This document shows, piece by piece, positions 1-8,677 of a stretch of DNA of 64,000 bases. How positions within the stretch are numbered: position 1 is the stretch's first letter; every line of letters begins with the position of its first letter. The DNA lies in contig DATDXI010000066.1 in NCBI GenBank assembly GCA_035289385.1, positions 1,548 to 65,547 on the forward strand, read 5' to 3'. The notes under the pieces are model-generated. The model did not search any database. It worked only from the letters and a program-made list of their open reading frames with translations, and was not told the origin of the DNA. Position numbers and translations under genes: made by a program. The DNA is from Candidatus Nanoarchaeia archaeon (GTDB lineage: Archaea > Nanobdellota > Nanobdellia > Woesearchaeales > GW2011-AR9).

Positions 1-539
1 ACAACAGGCTTGTCCAGATTGCCGGAAACTTACCGATCCAACAGGCTTTTGCTGTAGCAAACGAGTTAGTTGCCACGATGATCAAGGGGATTGTAGAGAC
101 CATCGCTGTACCTAGCTTGGTAAACCTGGACTATGCTGACGTTAAGGCAATCATGTCCAATGGCGGAGTAGCTGCTATCGGTGTTGGTTCAAGTGATACC
201 AATAATAGAGTAGAAGAAGCGGTTAAAGGAGCTTTATCTAATCCACTATTGGATATCAGCTATGAAGGCTCAACAGGTGCTTTGATCCACATTACTGGCG
301 GTCCAGATATGACGCTGGATGAAGTATCGAAGATCGGTGAATTGGTTACCGAGAGCCTGCATGATGACGCGAACGTTATCTGGGGAGCAAGAGTTTCCGA
401 TGAGATGAAAGGAAAGTTGACGGTTATGACCATCATAACTGGGGTAAACTCACCTTGGATCCTTGGAAAAGTTGACCAGAAACATGCTCAGCATAAGGCT
501 CGGGTCTTGAGCCAAGAGTTGGGAATAGAATTAGTCTAA
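1..539 (+). CDS. ftsZ: Cell division GTPase FtsZ, C-terminal part; the gene starts upstream of the window and reads in frame from nt 3
   Basis: The translation from nt 3 (NRLVQIAGNLPIQQAFAVANELV...GIVETIAVPSLVNLDYADVKAIM...GGPDMTLDEVSKIGELV) matches the FtsZ T7-loop and C-terminal domain (LINVDFADV motif). The reading frame is open back to the window edge. Confidence 0.8.
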   Translation, partial: NRLVQIAGNLPIQQAFAVANELVATMIKGIVETIAVPSLVNLDYADVKAIMSNGGVAAIGVGSSDTNNRVEEAVKGALSNPLLDISYEGSTGALIHITGGPDMTLDEVSKIGELVTESLHDDANVIWGARVSDEMKGKLTVMTIITGVNSPWILGKVDQKHAQHKARVLSQELGIELV

Positions 540-728
540 TTCCCATCATGTTCAGAATCTTGCCTTTGTCTTTTTCTGAACACCACCCCCCCGTTCATGA
601 ATAAGGCAAGATTTTCCTTTTTTTTTCTTTTTTTATGATCCATTTTATTCTTCATCAGTTATTTCTTAAGCATTTCCTCTCTTAAGCATCATAAAACATA
701 TAAGGTGGTTGTTTGTTTTTAGACATTT

Positions 729-1274
729 ATGGGTGTCCATGAAGTTTCTTTGAGGAAGATAGGAGGTTTACGCCCTTCTTTATTTACAGACATTACTAAT
801 GCTGATGTTGTAGCTTTTTTTGAACATTATCTTGCTAGAGAAGGGAATGAAATAGCTAGAAGATCGCCTCCCTTAGCCAGAGAAGCTTTTCTCTATGGGA
901 TGGCTTATGTTCCTGGAGCTACGTATCAAGGTGCTGATTCTCTTCCAGCATATCTGGCTGATGCTCAAATAGTAGCCATGGTTTCTGCTGCTGGGCAAGC
1001 GTATCTTCGCCGAGGATTGCCGGATGGCCAGCCGCTTGCCGACATGCTGTCTTCTTTAGGGTATCAGCGAGCAGAAGAAGTTCGTTTTCCTGAATTAGAT
1101 GGTGAGGTAGCAGAAACAGTTGAAGGATTGTGGCTGGTTTCTGGGGAAATGCGGAAGGCAGTTGGTGAAAGAGCATATTCTCCCAGAGATCCTTCTTTGC
1201 CGGAGATTGTCATTTTAGATAGGATTGTCATTCCTGGAAGAAGAGATCAGACGTTAAGGATTGTTGATGGATAA
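729..1274 (+). CDS. Hypothetical protein; GC-richer than its surroundings
   Basis: Long ORF of 181 aa that is Ala/Arg/Leu-rich. No recognisable motif. The track start may be a non-ATG codon. Confidence 0.35.
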   Translation: MGVHEVSLRKIGGLRPSLFTDITNADVVAFFEHYLAREGNEIARRSPPLAREAFLYGMAYVPGATYQGADSLPAYLADAQIVAMVSAAGQAYLRRGLPDGQPLADMLSSLGYQRAEEVRFPELDGEVAETVEGLWLVSGEMRKAVGERAYSPRDPSLPEIVILDRIVIPGRRDQTLRIVDG

Positions 1275-1288
1275 ACTTTCCAATCATT

Positions 1289-1873
1289 TTAAAGAAGAAA
1301 TTTTATCCTTTCCTGAAATTTCTGTGGATAGCACTCCACGTATTTTTTAAGACGCTGTTGGTCAAGATGTTTCAGCCATCCTTTTACCTCAACCTTATCG
1401 ATATTTTTTCTGAAATATAGTCTATCTAATACCGTCTTTTCCTTGTCAGAATAGGGCAATATCATCTCTCCAATCGTGTGGTATTCAACACCAAAAAACA
1501 GCTCTCGTGGTATCATTCGAAGCAGCACGTTCGTTCCCATCACTTTTCTTAATCCTCTCCGAACATGACGGGTGGTAAAGATGACAGGAATGGTCTCCTG
1601 CTCCCATAAGTTATGTCTGCTGAGGGCATCTTCCCCGCCGAGGTATGCTGGCTGAAAGCAGAAGACTGCCAGTGATGGATCATTGTGTGAAGTATAATAT
1701 CCTTTCATTAATCGATGGATCTTTCCTTTTTTGACAAGATTCCGCAGCACATGGCGGTCGTATTGCTTTACTTTTTTCTTGCTCTTCAAGAGCCTGCTGA
1801 TAGAAGAGGCCTGCACAACAGGGCTTTTGGCAAATAATTGTTCTATCTCTTTAAGGTATTTTGTCTTTCCCAT
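1289..1873 (-). CDS. AbiEi-like (COG5340-type) winged-helix protein, putative partner of the adjacent nucleotidyltransferase
   Basis: The N-terminus (SSISRLLKSKKKVKQYDRHVLRNLVKKGKIHRLMKGYYT) fits the AbiEi N-terminal wHTH pattern (L.RLvk.Gkl.Rv.rGvY). It lies immediately downstream (1-nt gap) of the DUF1814 gene on the same strand. Confidence 0.45.
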   Translation of the reverse strand: MGKTKYLKEIEQLFAKSPVVQASSISRLLKSKKKVKQYDRHVLRNLVKKGKIHRLMKGYYTSHNDPSLAVFCFQPAYLGGEDALSRHNLWEQETIPVIFTTRHVRRGLRKVMGTNVLLRMIPRELFFGVEYHTIGEMILPYSDKEKTVLDRLYFRKNIDKVEVKGWLKHLDQQRLKKYVECYPQKFQERIKFLL

Positions 1874-1874
1874 A

Positions 1875-2525
1875 CTATCCCTCTCGACAATACCTTTCGA
1901 TATACTCTTTCATCTTTTGGACGGAAGGAACAACTCCTTCCAGGATAAGGACTTGAAGCTCTTCTTCATCTGCAGGGGCTGGAAAATCATCCAATAGTCT
2001 TTTAAGAAAAGAAAGCACTCCTTTTCGGTCTTGCACAAATCTCAATAAAAAGAAGATATCATAAAGATCACGGATTTTCTTTCTGTTAAGGTAAGCATTT
2101 ACTTTTTCTTCCACGAATTGCTCTGGGGTCAGCGTAAGGACAGTAAGGTAATTTCCACTGATGGTTTCATATTCTTTTAGGCAGTTGTCTTTCTTCAGGA
2201 AAAGAGCCTCAAAGCGAACTTTCTGCCGCTGCAGCTGCAACGTCGAATAAATACTGTTGGCAGTAACTTTTTTCTTCTCTAGGATAAACCCTCTCTCCTT
2301 CAGCTTTTCCCAATAGCTGGCTATTTTTTGCTCATCTCGGGGCAGATAGACATCCAAGTCTTCAGAGAATCTTCCTCCTCCATAGCACCTCCAGATAGCT
2401 GTTCCTCCATGAAGAATGGCCGTAGGGAAAGTTATGTATAATTCCTCCACCAGAATATCTTGAGCTAAAGCTATCTCTTGATGGATATGCTTCTTCAGCT
2501 TTTGCCCTAACGCTATTTTTACCAT
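1875..2525 (-). CDS. AbiEii / DUF1814-family nucleotidyltransferase (type IV toxin-antitoxin / abortive-infection toxin family)
   Basis: Contains the diagnostic motif ILHGGTAIWRCYGGGRFSEDLDVYL, equivalent to the GGTAL..YG..RFSEDLD nucleotidyltransferase signature of DUF1814/AbiEii. Confidence 0.65.
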   Translation of the reverse strand: MVKIALGQKLKKHIHQEIALAQDILVEELYITFPTAILHGGTAIWRCYGGGRFSEDLDVYLPRDEQKIASYWEKLKERGFILEKKKVTANSIYSTLQLQRQKVRFEALFLKKDNCLKEYETISGNYLTVLTLTPEQFVEEKVNAYLNRKKIRDLYDIFFLLRFVQDRKGVLSFLKRLLDDFPAPADEEELQVLILEGVVPSVQKMKEYIERYCREG

Positions 2526-2593
2526 AATGCTATTTTTACCATTGTTATGCTTATGTATAACATTGGTTATTTAAATGTTTCGCTGGAATTTAA

Positions 2594-2626
2594 GTACGTA
2601 TTTAGTTCGGTTAAAATAGTGGGCAG
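2594..2626. repeat. Solo terminal-inverted-repeat fragment of the MITE-like family (GTACGTATTTAGTTCGGTTAAAATAGTGGGCAG)
   Basis: About 33 nt that are nearly identical to the reverse complement of the right ends of the elements at 33990-34173 and 42393-42559. The body of the element is absent. Confidence 0.5.
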
Positions 2627-2773
2627 TGTTAATATTTGACGATAGAACTATGGTCTTGTCTTAACCAAATAATCTTAAAACAGTGGATAATATGAAAAGC
2701 ATCTCCGTCACTTATACCCACTGCTCAGAGTGTAGTAAAATATTTAATGGTGTTATTGTTTTGGTAATAAAAA

Positions 2774-3091
2774 GTGGCAGAAACAAGAATCATTAAAGAG
2801 GTAAGTTACTTGGAATATAAAGAGCTTATTGACAAATTCAAAGGTAAGATTAAAGTTAATTCCCATACCTGCTTTAGATTAAATGAACAGCAATGAAAAG
2901 TATATAAAGATGAGGCTCTTGTAGAACCATTAACTGGAGAAAAACCAGCATTTATTGGAATTCAGAAAAACCAAAATTATGCAACATTTTTCAGTAATAA
3001 ACAGGGTTATCTTCGGTTAATGTTTAAGGTGACCAACACAAATATTGAAATAGTAACATTTTACCTGATTGACAACATACCAAAAATCTAA
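2774..3091 (+). pseudogene. DUF4258-like (putative toxin-like) gene interrupted by an in-frame TGA at 2894-2896
   Basis: The single frame reads (V)AETRIIKEVSYLEYKELIDKFKGKIKVNSHTCFRLNEQQ*KVYKDEALVEPLTGEKPAFIGIQKNQNYATFFSNKQGYLRLMFKVTNTNIEIVTFYLIDNIPKI. The C-terminal ...IVTFY pattern is typical of DUF4258. It lies directly upstream of a DUF2283 gene, which is the usual partner. Confidence 0.4.
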
Positions 3092-3092
3092 A

Positions 3093-3476
3093 ATGAAAAT
3101 AAGACAGCTTGATGCAAAAGGGAAGGGGGAAATGGATTATGATTATGCAAATGATATTTTATTCTTTAAAGTTAAAGAAAGAGAATATGATCATTCCATT
3201 GAATTAGAAGATGTTATTTTAGATATTGATAAAGAAAGATACATTACAGGAATCCAAATTTTTGGAGCATCAAAGATGTTTAATGTTGAGAAAGACGCTT
3301 TACGGAATGTTAAAAAATGGGAGTTTAAAGTGAGAACAGAAGGTAAGGTTGTCTATGTTCAGTTAATGTTTGAAATGTTACGAAGAAATCAAGTAGTAGA
3401 ACGTGGTCAAAACTTGGTGAGAGAAGCTTCATCTTTATTGACTGATTCTGAAGTTATGTGTGCAGCAACAGCATGA
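3093..3476 (+). CDS. DUF2283-family small protein; the track ORF starts at a TTG at 3069, but ATG 3093 is the probable start
   Basis: MKIRQLDAKGKGEMDYDYANDILFFKV...DIDKERYITGIQIFGAS matches the DUF2283 pattern (YD.e.D.l.i....G.I.GIEI..AS). Confidence 0.5.
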   Translation: MKIRQLDAKGKGEMDYDYANDILFFKVKEREYDHSIELEDVILDIDKERYITGIQIFGASKMFNVEKDALRNVKKWEFKVRTEGKVVYVQLMFEMLRRNQVVERGQNLVREASSLLTDSEVMCAATA

Positions 3477-3552
3477 TTTATTGCCTTCTTGGTCTATACC
3501 CATAGCTTGCTGCGACGGAGAGCTTAATTCCTTTCTGGAAGAAGAGATAAAA

Positions 3553-3921
3553 CTATTTCAAGTGTTGTGTTATATCTCCTACTACTTTATCAGAATCAAA
3601 TTCTCCTTTATCATAGAAACCATTTGCTCCATAACGAAGAGCATTCCTAACAACATCTGAACCTCCCGCGCTTACTAAATAGAATGGAACATTATTTCCT
3701 GATCCTCTAATTTTTTGGAGAGATTTTAATCCTGCACCTTTTTCTTCCATGTCATTATCACTGATAACTAAGGAATAATCCCCCTGTAAAACACGTTCTA
3801 CTAAGTCACTCCCAGTTTCAACTGCATCAACCTGCGCATCTGGAAAAGCATTTTTTACTAAACTAACATATGTTCCTCTCCAACTTGGATAGTCGTCAGC
3901 AACAATAACCTTCTTTACCAT
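3553..3921 (-). CDS. Stand-alone CheY-like response-regulator receiver domain protein
   Basis: Has the acidic pocket (VIVADDYPS ... LVISDNDMEE) plus a conserved downstream Lys/Ser pattern. The 122-aa length is typical of receiver domains. Confidence 0.65.
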   Translation of the reverse strand: MVKKVIVADDYPSWRGTYVSLVKNAFPDAQVDAVETGSDLVERVLQGDYSLVISDNDMEEKGAGLKSLQKIRGSGNNVPFYLVSAGGSDVVRNALRYGANGFYDKGEFDSDKVVGDITQHLK

Positions 3922-4026
3922 TTTCCATTGGATAAATAAGACTTATTTATATATCTTCCGCTTAATTGTAACTAAAAAGTAGTGTTTAATTTTCTAAGAT
4001 CTTACACAGGTTTCGTATTAGTCCCC

Positions 4027-4045
4027 CCGCAAAAACCTTTATATA
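4027..4045 (+). promoter_or_regulatory. Archaeal BRE/TATA-type promoter element CCGCAAAAACCTTTATATA upstream of proS
   Basis: The TTTATATA box ends about 23 nt before the proS ATG, consistent with a leaderless transcript. The identical 19-mer recurs before sppA at 60287-60305. Confidence 0.5.
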
Positions 4046-4067
4046 GGATAGTCCTATTCTTTATCTC

Positions 4068-5513
4068 ATGTCACAGAAGGACAATAAGGGGATAACCGTC
4101 AAGAAAGTGGATGATTTCTCTGAATGGTACACACAAGTTCTGCAGAAAGCAGAGCTGATCGATTATTCTCCTGTTTCTGGATGTTATATCTTAAGGCCTA
4201 GCGCTTACCACATCTGGGAGAATGTGCAGCAATTCTTTGACAAGCTGATCAAGGCTGATGGAGTGAAAAATGCCTATTTCCCGTTATTTATCCCTGAAAA
4301 TCTATTGACAAAAGAAAAACAGCACGTGGAAGGCTTTGCCCCAGAAGTAGCTTGGGTCACTCACGGTGGTAATACAGCATTGCAAGAACGATTAGCTGTC
4401 CGCCCTACCTCTGAAACGATCATGTATGACTCTTATGCCAAATGGATAAGGTCACACAAAGATTTGCCGTTACGCCTAAACCAATGGTGTAATGTGGTGA
4501 GATGGGAATTCAATCATCCCGTTCCTTTTCTGAGAAGCAGAGAATTTCTCTGGCAGGAAGGTCATACTTGTTTTGCCACACCGGAAGAAGCTCATGCTGA
4601 AGCAGAGAAGATATTAGGTTTCTACGAGCAAGTCTTTAGGGAATTGTATGCTATCCCTGTGTTAAAAGGTAAAAAATCCAATCAAGAAAAGTTTGCCGGG
4701 GCAGATTATACTTTGTCGGTAGAAGCATTCCTCCCTAACGGAAAAGCTATTCAAGGAGCAACATCCCATCACCTTGGCCAGAATTTCTCTAAAGCATTCA
4801 ATATCTCGTTTACCGATTCTCAAGGAAAAACAAGTTATGCTTACCAGAACTCTTGGGGTATCTCTACAAGGTCCATAGGAATAATGATTCTGATGCATGG
4901 GGATGATAAGGGTTTAGTGATTCCTCCAAGAATTGCCGAGAAGCAAGTGGTTATTGTTCCAATTTTATTTGATGACTCCAAGAAGAAAGTTCTGTCGGAA
5001 GTTCAAAAGATCAAAGATCATCTAGAAAAGCAAGGTCTTCGAGTTCATGTTGATGACCGCGAAGATTATTCTCCCGGCTGGAAGTTTAATGAGTGGGAAG
5101 TGAAAGGTGTTCCTATTAGAATTGAACTAGGTCCGAAAGATCTGGAGAAGAAGCAGGCTGTTGCTGTCCGAAGAGATACAGGAGAGAAGAAAGCGATTAG
5201 TCTTGCCAAGATCAGCAAGGATGTTCCATCTCTGCTGGATACTATCCAGAATGATCTGTTGCAAAAAGCAGAGAAGTTTTTGAAGAGTTCTATCGTTTCT
5301 GTTTCAACAGGAAAAGAAGCAGAGCTGGCATTCAAGCAGGGGAAACTTGTTTCTGCTTCATGGTGTGGTTCAAAAGAATGTGAAGAGTCGGTGAAGGAAA
5401 AGACTGGGGCAAAATCACTGAACAGCCCGCTGCTCCATGGAAAAGTTTCTGGAAATTGTTTTGCCTGCAAGAAGAAGGCTGTGGCACCGTTTTATCTTGG
5501 GAAGAGTTATTGA
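4068..5513 (+). CDS. proS: Prolyl-tRNA synthetase, archaeal/eukaryotic type
   Basis: Class II aaRS catalytic core (motifs around [60 protein letters not shown]) with the C-terminal zinc-binding domain characteristic of archaeal ProRS. Confidence 0.9.
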   Translation: [481 protein letters not shown]

Positions 5514-5538
5514 TTGTGGTCGGTGTTTATTCTTCTAC

Positions 5539-6513
5539 CTATTCTAATTCCCATTCTATGGCATTGGGCCAATACATCACTCCTTGAGCTCCCCACTCTG
5601 AATGATATGGATCTGCACCAAAAGCAAGATCACGAACAGTTTGCTGGCCATTGGCAATACTATCCTGGATATTGTCCTCAAGGGCAGTGATATTAAAATT
5701 AGCGGTTTCATAAGGTCCTCCCACACTTTCTGTACTTAAAATGCCGTGTACACTGACCAACTTTGTTTCTCCTTCTTCATCTAAGAGATGATTTGCATTG
5801 ACCTGAATTTCAGTTCCTTGCTCAGGGTTTCGCCAATAGGCGGCATGTCTCGCATAGCGGATCGCGCCTGCGGACATTTCCCGCCAGTCGTCGAAGTTAC
5901 AAGATAGGTGTTCAAGCGGAAAATTGGAAAAATAGATAGCATTTCCTGAAAAATCTCTCACATCAGATAAATTTCCCTCTTCCAGATATCTTTGTACCTG
6001 CTCTAGGTGATTGCCAGGGACGACTAAAAGGTCAGCATGATAACTTGGGCCTTCAGCGATCACTTCGTTCTGTTCTCCAAGTAACACATTGTTTTGTTGT
6101 CTATAATGTGCCAAAGCAGTTGCTTCCAGACTTCCACCGCCATTCAGGATATCAATTAAAGATACTTCACTTTGCAGACGTTCTGCCAATTGGGTTCCCA
6201 ATGTTTCGGCAGCGGTCACGAAATTACTGTAGCTTTCAGGACATTCCCCTGTGGAACGATCTTCTGGACAGAGGGCACGCAGCCGCTCAGCGGACTTCCC
6301 AAAAAATCCTAAACAGTCTTTAAGGGTGGAATTGACGCTCATCTGGGGATGGTTTAAGGGAGTGGGCGTGGAGATTTGGCGGTCGGAAGGTTGAGGGGCC
6401 GGGGCACTTGTCTCGGGCAAAGGAGGCGCATCATAACGATATAATTTGTCGTCACCACAGACGGCCAGGGCTAGGCCGATGAGTCCGACGTATATTTTGG
6501 TTCGAAGAGTCAT
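5539..6513 (-). CDS. Secreted or membrane-anchored hypothetical protein
   Basis: N-terminal hydrophobic segment (IYVGLIGLALAVCG) followed by a proline-rich linker. No catalytic motif recognised. Confidence 0.45.
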   Translation of the reverse strand: MTLRTKIYVGLIGLALAVCGDDKLYRYDAPPLPETSAPAPQPSDRQISTPTPLNHPQMSVNSTLKDCLGFFGKSAERLRALCPEDRSTGECPESYSNFVTAAETLGTQLAERLQSEVSLIDILNGGGSLEATALAHYRQQNNVLLGEQNEVIAEGPSYHADLLVVPGNHLEQVQRYLEEGNLSDVRDFSGNAIYFSNFPLEHLSCNFDDWREMSAGAIRYARHAAYWRNPEQGTEIQVNANHLLDEEGETKLVSVHGILSTESVGGPYETANFNITALEDNIQDSIANGQQTVRDLAFGADPYHSEWGAQGVMYWPNAIEWELE

Positions 6514-6652
6514 TGTTACTACTAATAGGTGGTTTATTTATAAATGTTTTGCTGCTTTTCAAGGAAAATGTTGCTTTTGATTGTTCGTATCGAGGGTTTA
6601 TCTCATTTGTCTAAAAGCAAATCTTATATAGCAGATTTTCTTCTGGGTAGGT

Positions 6653-7792
6653 ATGGTTGATAAAGAAATCATCGTCATCGGGGATATTGAGATAGGGGCA
6701 GGCAACCTTACGGATGATTTCATCAGTGACCAGGCCTTCTCTGATTTTATTCATACATTGACAAAGAGGGATCATCCTGTGGATGTTATTTTGAACGGGG
6801 ATACTTTTGATTTTCTGAAATGCCCTTATAAGGCTGGTGATTCGTATATCTATCCTCGCCATATCACTGTAGATATCTCGTTAAATAAACTAGGATTGAT
6901 GCATCATGCTCATAAAAAGTTCTTTGAGTCCTTAAAAAAATTTGTCAGAAAGCGGAATAATAATCTCTACTTTACCCTTGGTAATCATGATCAAGACTTA
7001 TTGTTTCATGAAGTTCGAGAAGATATCCGAAAACTGCTTGGCGGATCGAAACGGATCCATTTTCCTGGATTAAAATATCAGCAGCATGGGGTCTATGTGG
7101 AGCATGGGCATCAATATGATTTTCTGAGCAAGATCAATTTTCAGAAGCTTTTCTTGAATTATAAAGGGAAACCTATCTTGAATTTTCCCTGGACGGCATT
7201 TAGCTTAGTCAGCACGTTCATGGACATCAAAGAACAACATCCATTCATGGAGCGTATCACGCCCAGGCCGTTGCTGTTATCATTTAACAGCATGGTCTTA
7301 CGCAAGATCAGTTTTCGCTCTCTAGGCTATTTTTTAAAGACGGTCTTGTATTATCCGTTCCGCTATTATTCTGATCCTACCTACAACTTGCCGACAAAAC
7401 TGTTTGGCTTCTTTTATTATCGCGTGAAAAACAGACAATGGGATGAAGATGATATCATCAATGTCTTTAGGAGGAAGAAAAAAAAAGTGAAGCATCAAGT
7501 CTATGTTCTGGGCCATGTGCATAAGGTGCAGATGCTGGAGCAGAGGAAGAGAGTGATCATCCATCCAGGATCTTGGAGAGACGAATATGAATTGAATGCG
7601 GAGACGAGGATGCTCATGCCAAAAGATAAGTTTTATGTTCAAGTGTTGATTCATGATGATAGTCATTTAGAGTATAATCTCAACAGCTGGCCGATCAAGA
7701 GGAGCATCTTTTTGTTTGATGATGTTCGAAAGCATGAATTAGCGTATATCTATCTGGCTGCTCAGGAAGAAAAGTATGAGCCTCAATGGTGA
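6653..7792 (+). CDS. Calcineurin-like metallophosphoesterase
   Basis: Ordered metallophosphatase motifs GDIEIG...GDTFD...GNHD...GH.H...GH.H. Confidence 0.6.
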   Translation: MVDKEIIVIGDIEIGAGNLTDDFISDQAFSDFIHTLTKRDHPVDVILNGDTFDFLKCPYKAGDSYIYPRHITVDISLNKLGLMHHAHKKFFESLKKFVRKRNNNLYFTLGNHDQDLLFHEVREDIRKLLGGSKRIHFPGLKYQQHGVYVEHGHQYDFLSKINFQKLFLNYKGKPILNFPWTAFSLVSTFMDIKEQHPFMERITPRPLLLSFNSMVLRKISFRSLGYFLKTVLYYPFRYYSDPTYNLPTKLFGFFYYRVKNRQWDEDDIINVFRRKKKKVKHQVYVLGHVHKVQMLEQRKRVIIHPGSWRDEYELNAETRMLMPKDKFYVQVLIHDDSHLEYNLNSWPIKRSIFLFDDVRKHELAYIYLAAQEEKYEPQW

Positions 7793-7886
7793 GGTCTCTT
7801 TTATTTATATTCTGGATGTCGACCGTTGTACACTTATTTCTCATCAATAACATTTAAATATCTGTGCTTTCTCAACAAGTCAAGGG

Positions 7887-8594
7887 GTGTTATCTATTTT
7901 AAAAAAAGCCATGAAGAGGAAAGAGGAATCAGCGAAGACTACTTTTAAAGATACTCTTCTTCAAGACACTCCTCTTAAAAATACTTCTCTTCAAAATGTA
8001 ACTCCAGATGATCATTCCGGCATCGCCCTTGCCATCGCTGCCGTGCGGGAAAGTGATAGGAACAATCTAGAGCAACGAATTCATCTCTTTACGCTAGTGA
8101 AGGATAGTGTCCAAAAACCATCGGAACAGAAAGCTGATACTTCTCTTCCTAAACTCCCTAAACTAGCTGATGTTCTTGATGATGCAGATGATGCAGACTC
8201 TCTTCAAGATGATACCGATGATACTTTGGTGAATGTCCGCTATTCTTTCCATGATGAAGAATTGGCAAAGAATTTCTATAAGTCTGCTTCCATCGATTAT
8301 CTGAAGCTGTTTTACGGTGATACCGGAAAAGTTCCTCCACAATTTGCCCAGGACAATGACTATTTTACGGAATCGGTAGCAAGAGATACTGATTCAGAGA
8401 CGATCCAGACGCATGAGGCGGAGAAATCATTTATGTCCGTGCAATATGCCACGATGCTTGGCGCTCATACCGCTGTTCATTTTAAAGACAGGAATAAATT
8501 AGACATGTGGATCAAATTCAATAAGGACCTTTTTGGCATGTTTGAACATAGTGTTGCTTTAACAAGAGAAATTGATTATGCCAGGAGGGGTTGA
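7887..8594 (+). CDS. Hypothetical acidic protein
   Basis: ORF of 235 aa with a low-complexity D/T-rich middle. No family recognised. Confidence 0.35.
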   Translation: MLSILKKAMKRKEESAKTTFKDTLLQDTPLKNTSLQNVTPDDHSGIALAIAAVRESDRNNLEQRIHLFTLVKDSVQKPSEQKADTSLPKLPKLADVLDDADDADSLQDDTDDTLVNVRYSFHDEELAKNFYKSASIDYLKLFYGDTGKVPPQFAQDNDYFTESVARDTDSETIQTHEAEKSFMSVQYATMLGAHTAVHFKDRNKLDMWIKFNKDLFGMFEHSVALTREIDYARRG

Positions 8595-8677
8595 AAGGTG
8601 GCACAAAAGTATTTCTAAGAGTTTTCTTGCTGAAATGTCACCCATAACTTTTTATATCATTTAAGTATAACCTACTT

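Noticed and set aside
2894-2896. Possible UGA recoding (in-frame TGA within the DUF4258-like gene)
   Set aside because: TGA clearly functions as a stop codon elsewhere in the window, for example at the proS terminus at 5511-5513. A pseudogene is the simpler explanation.
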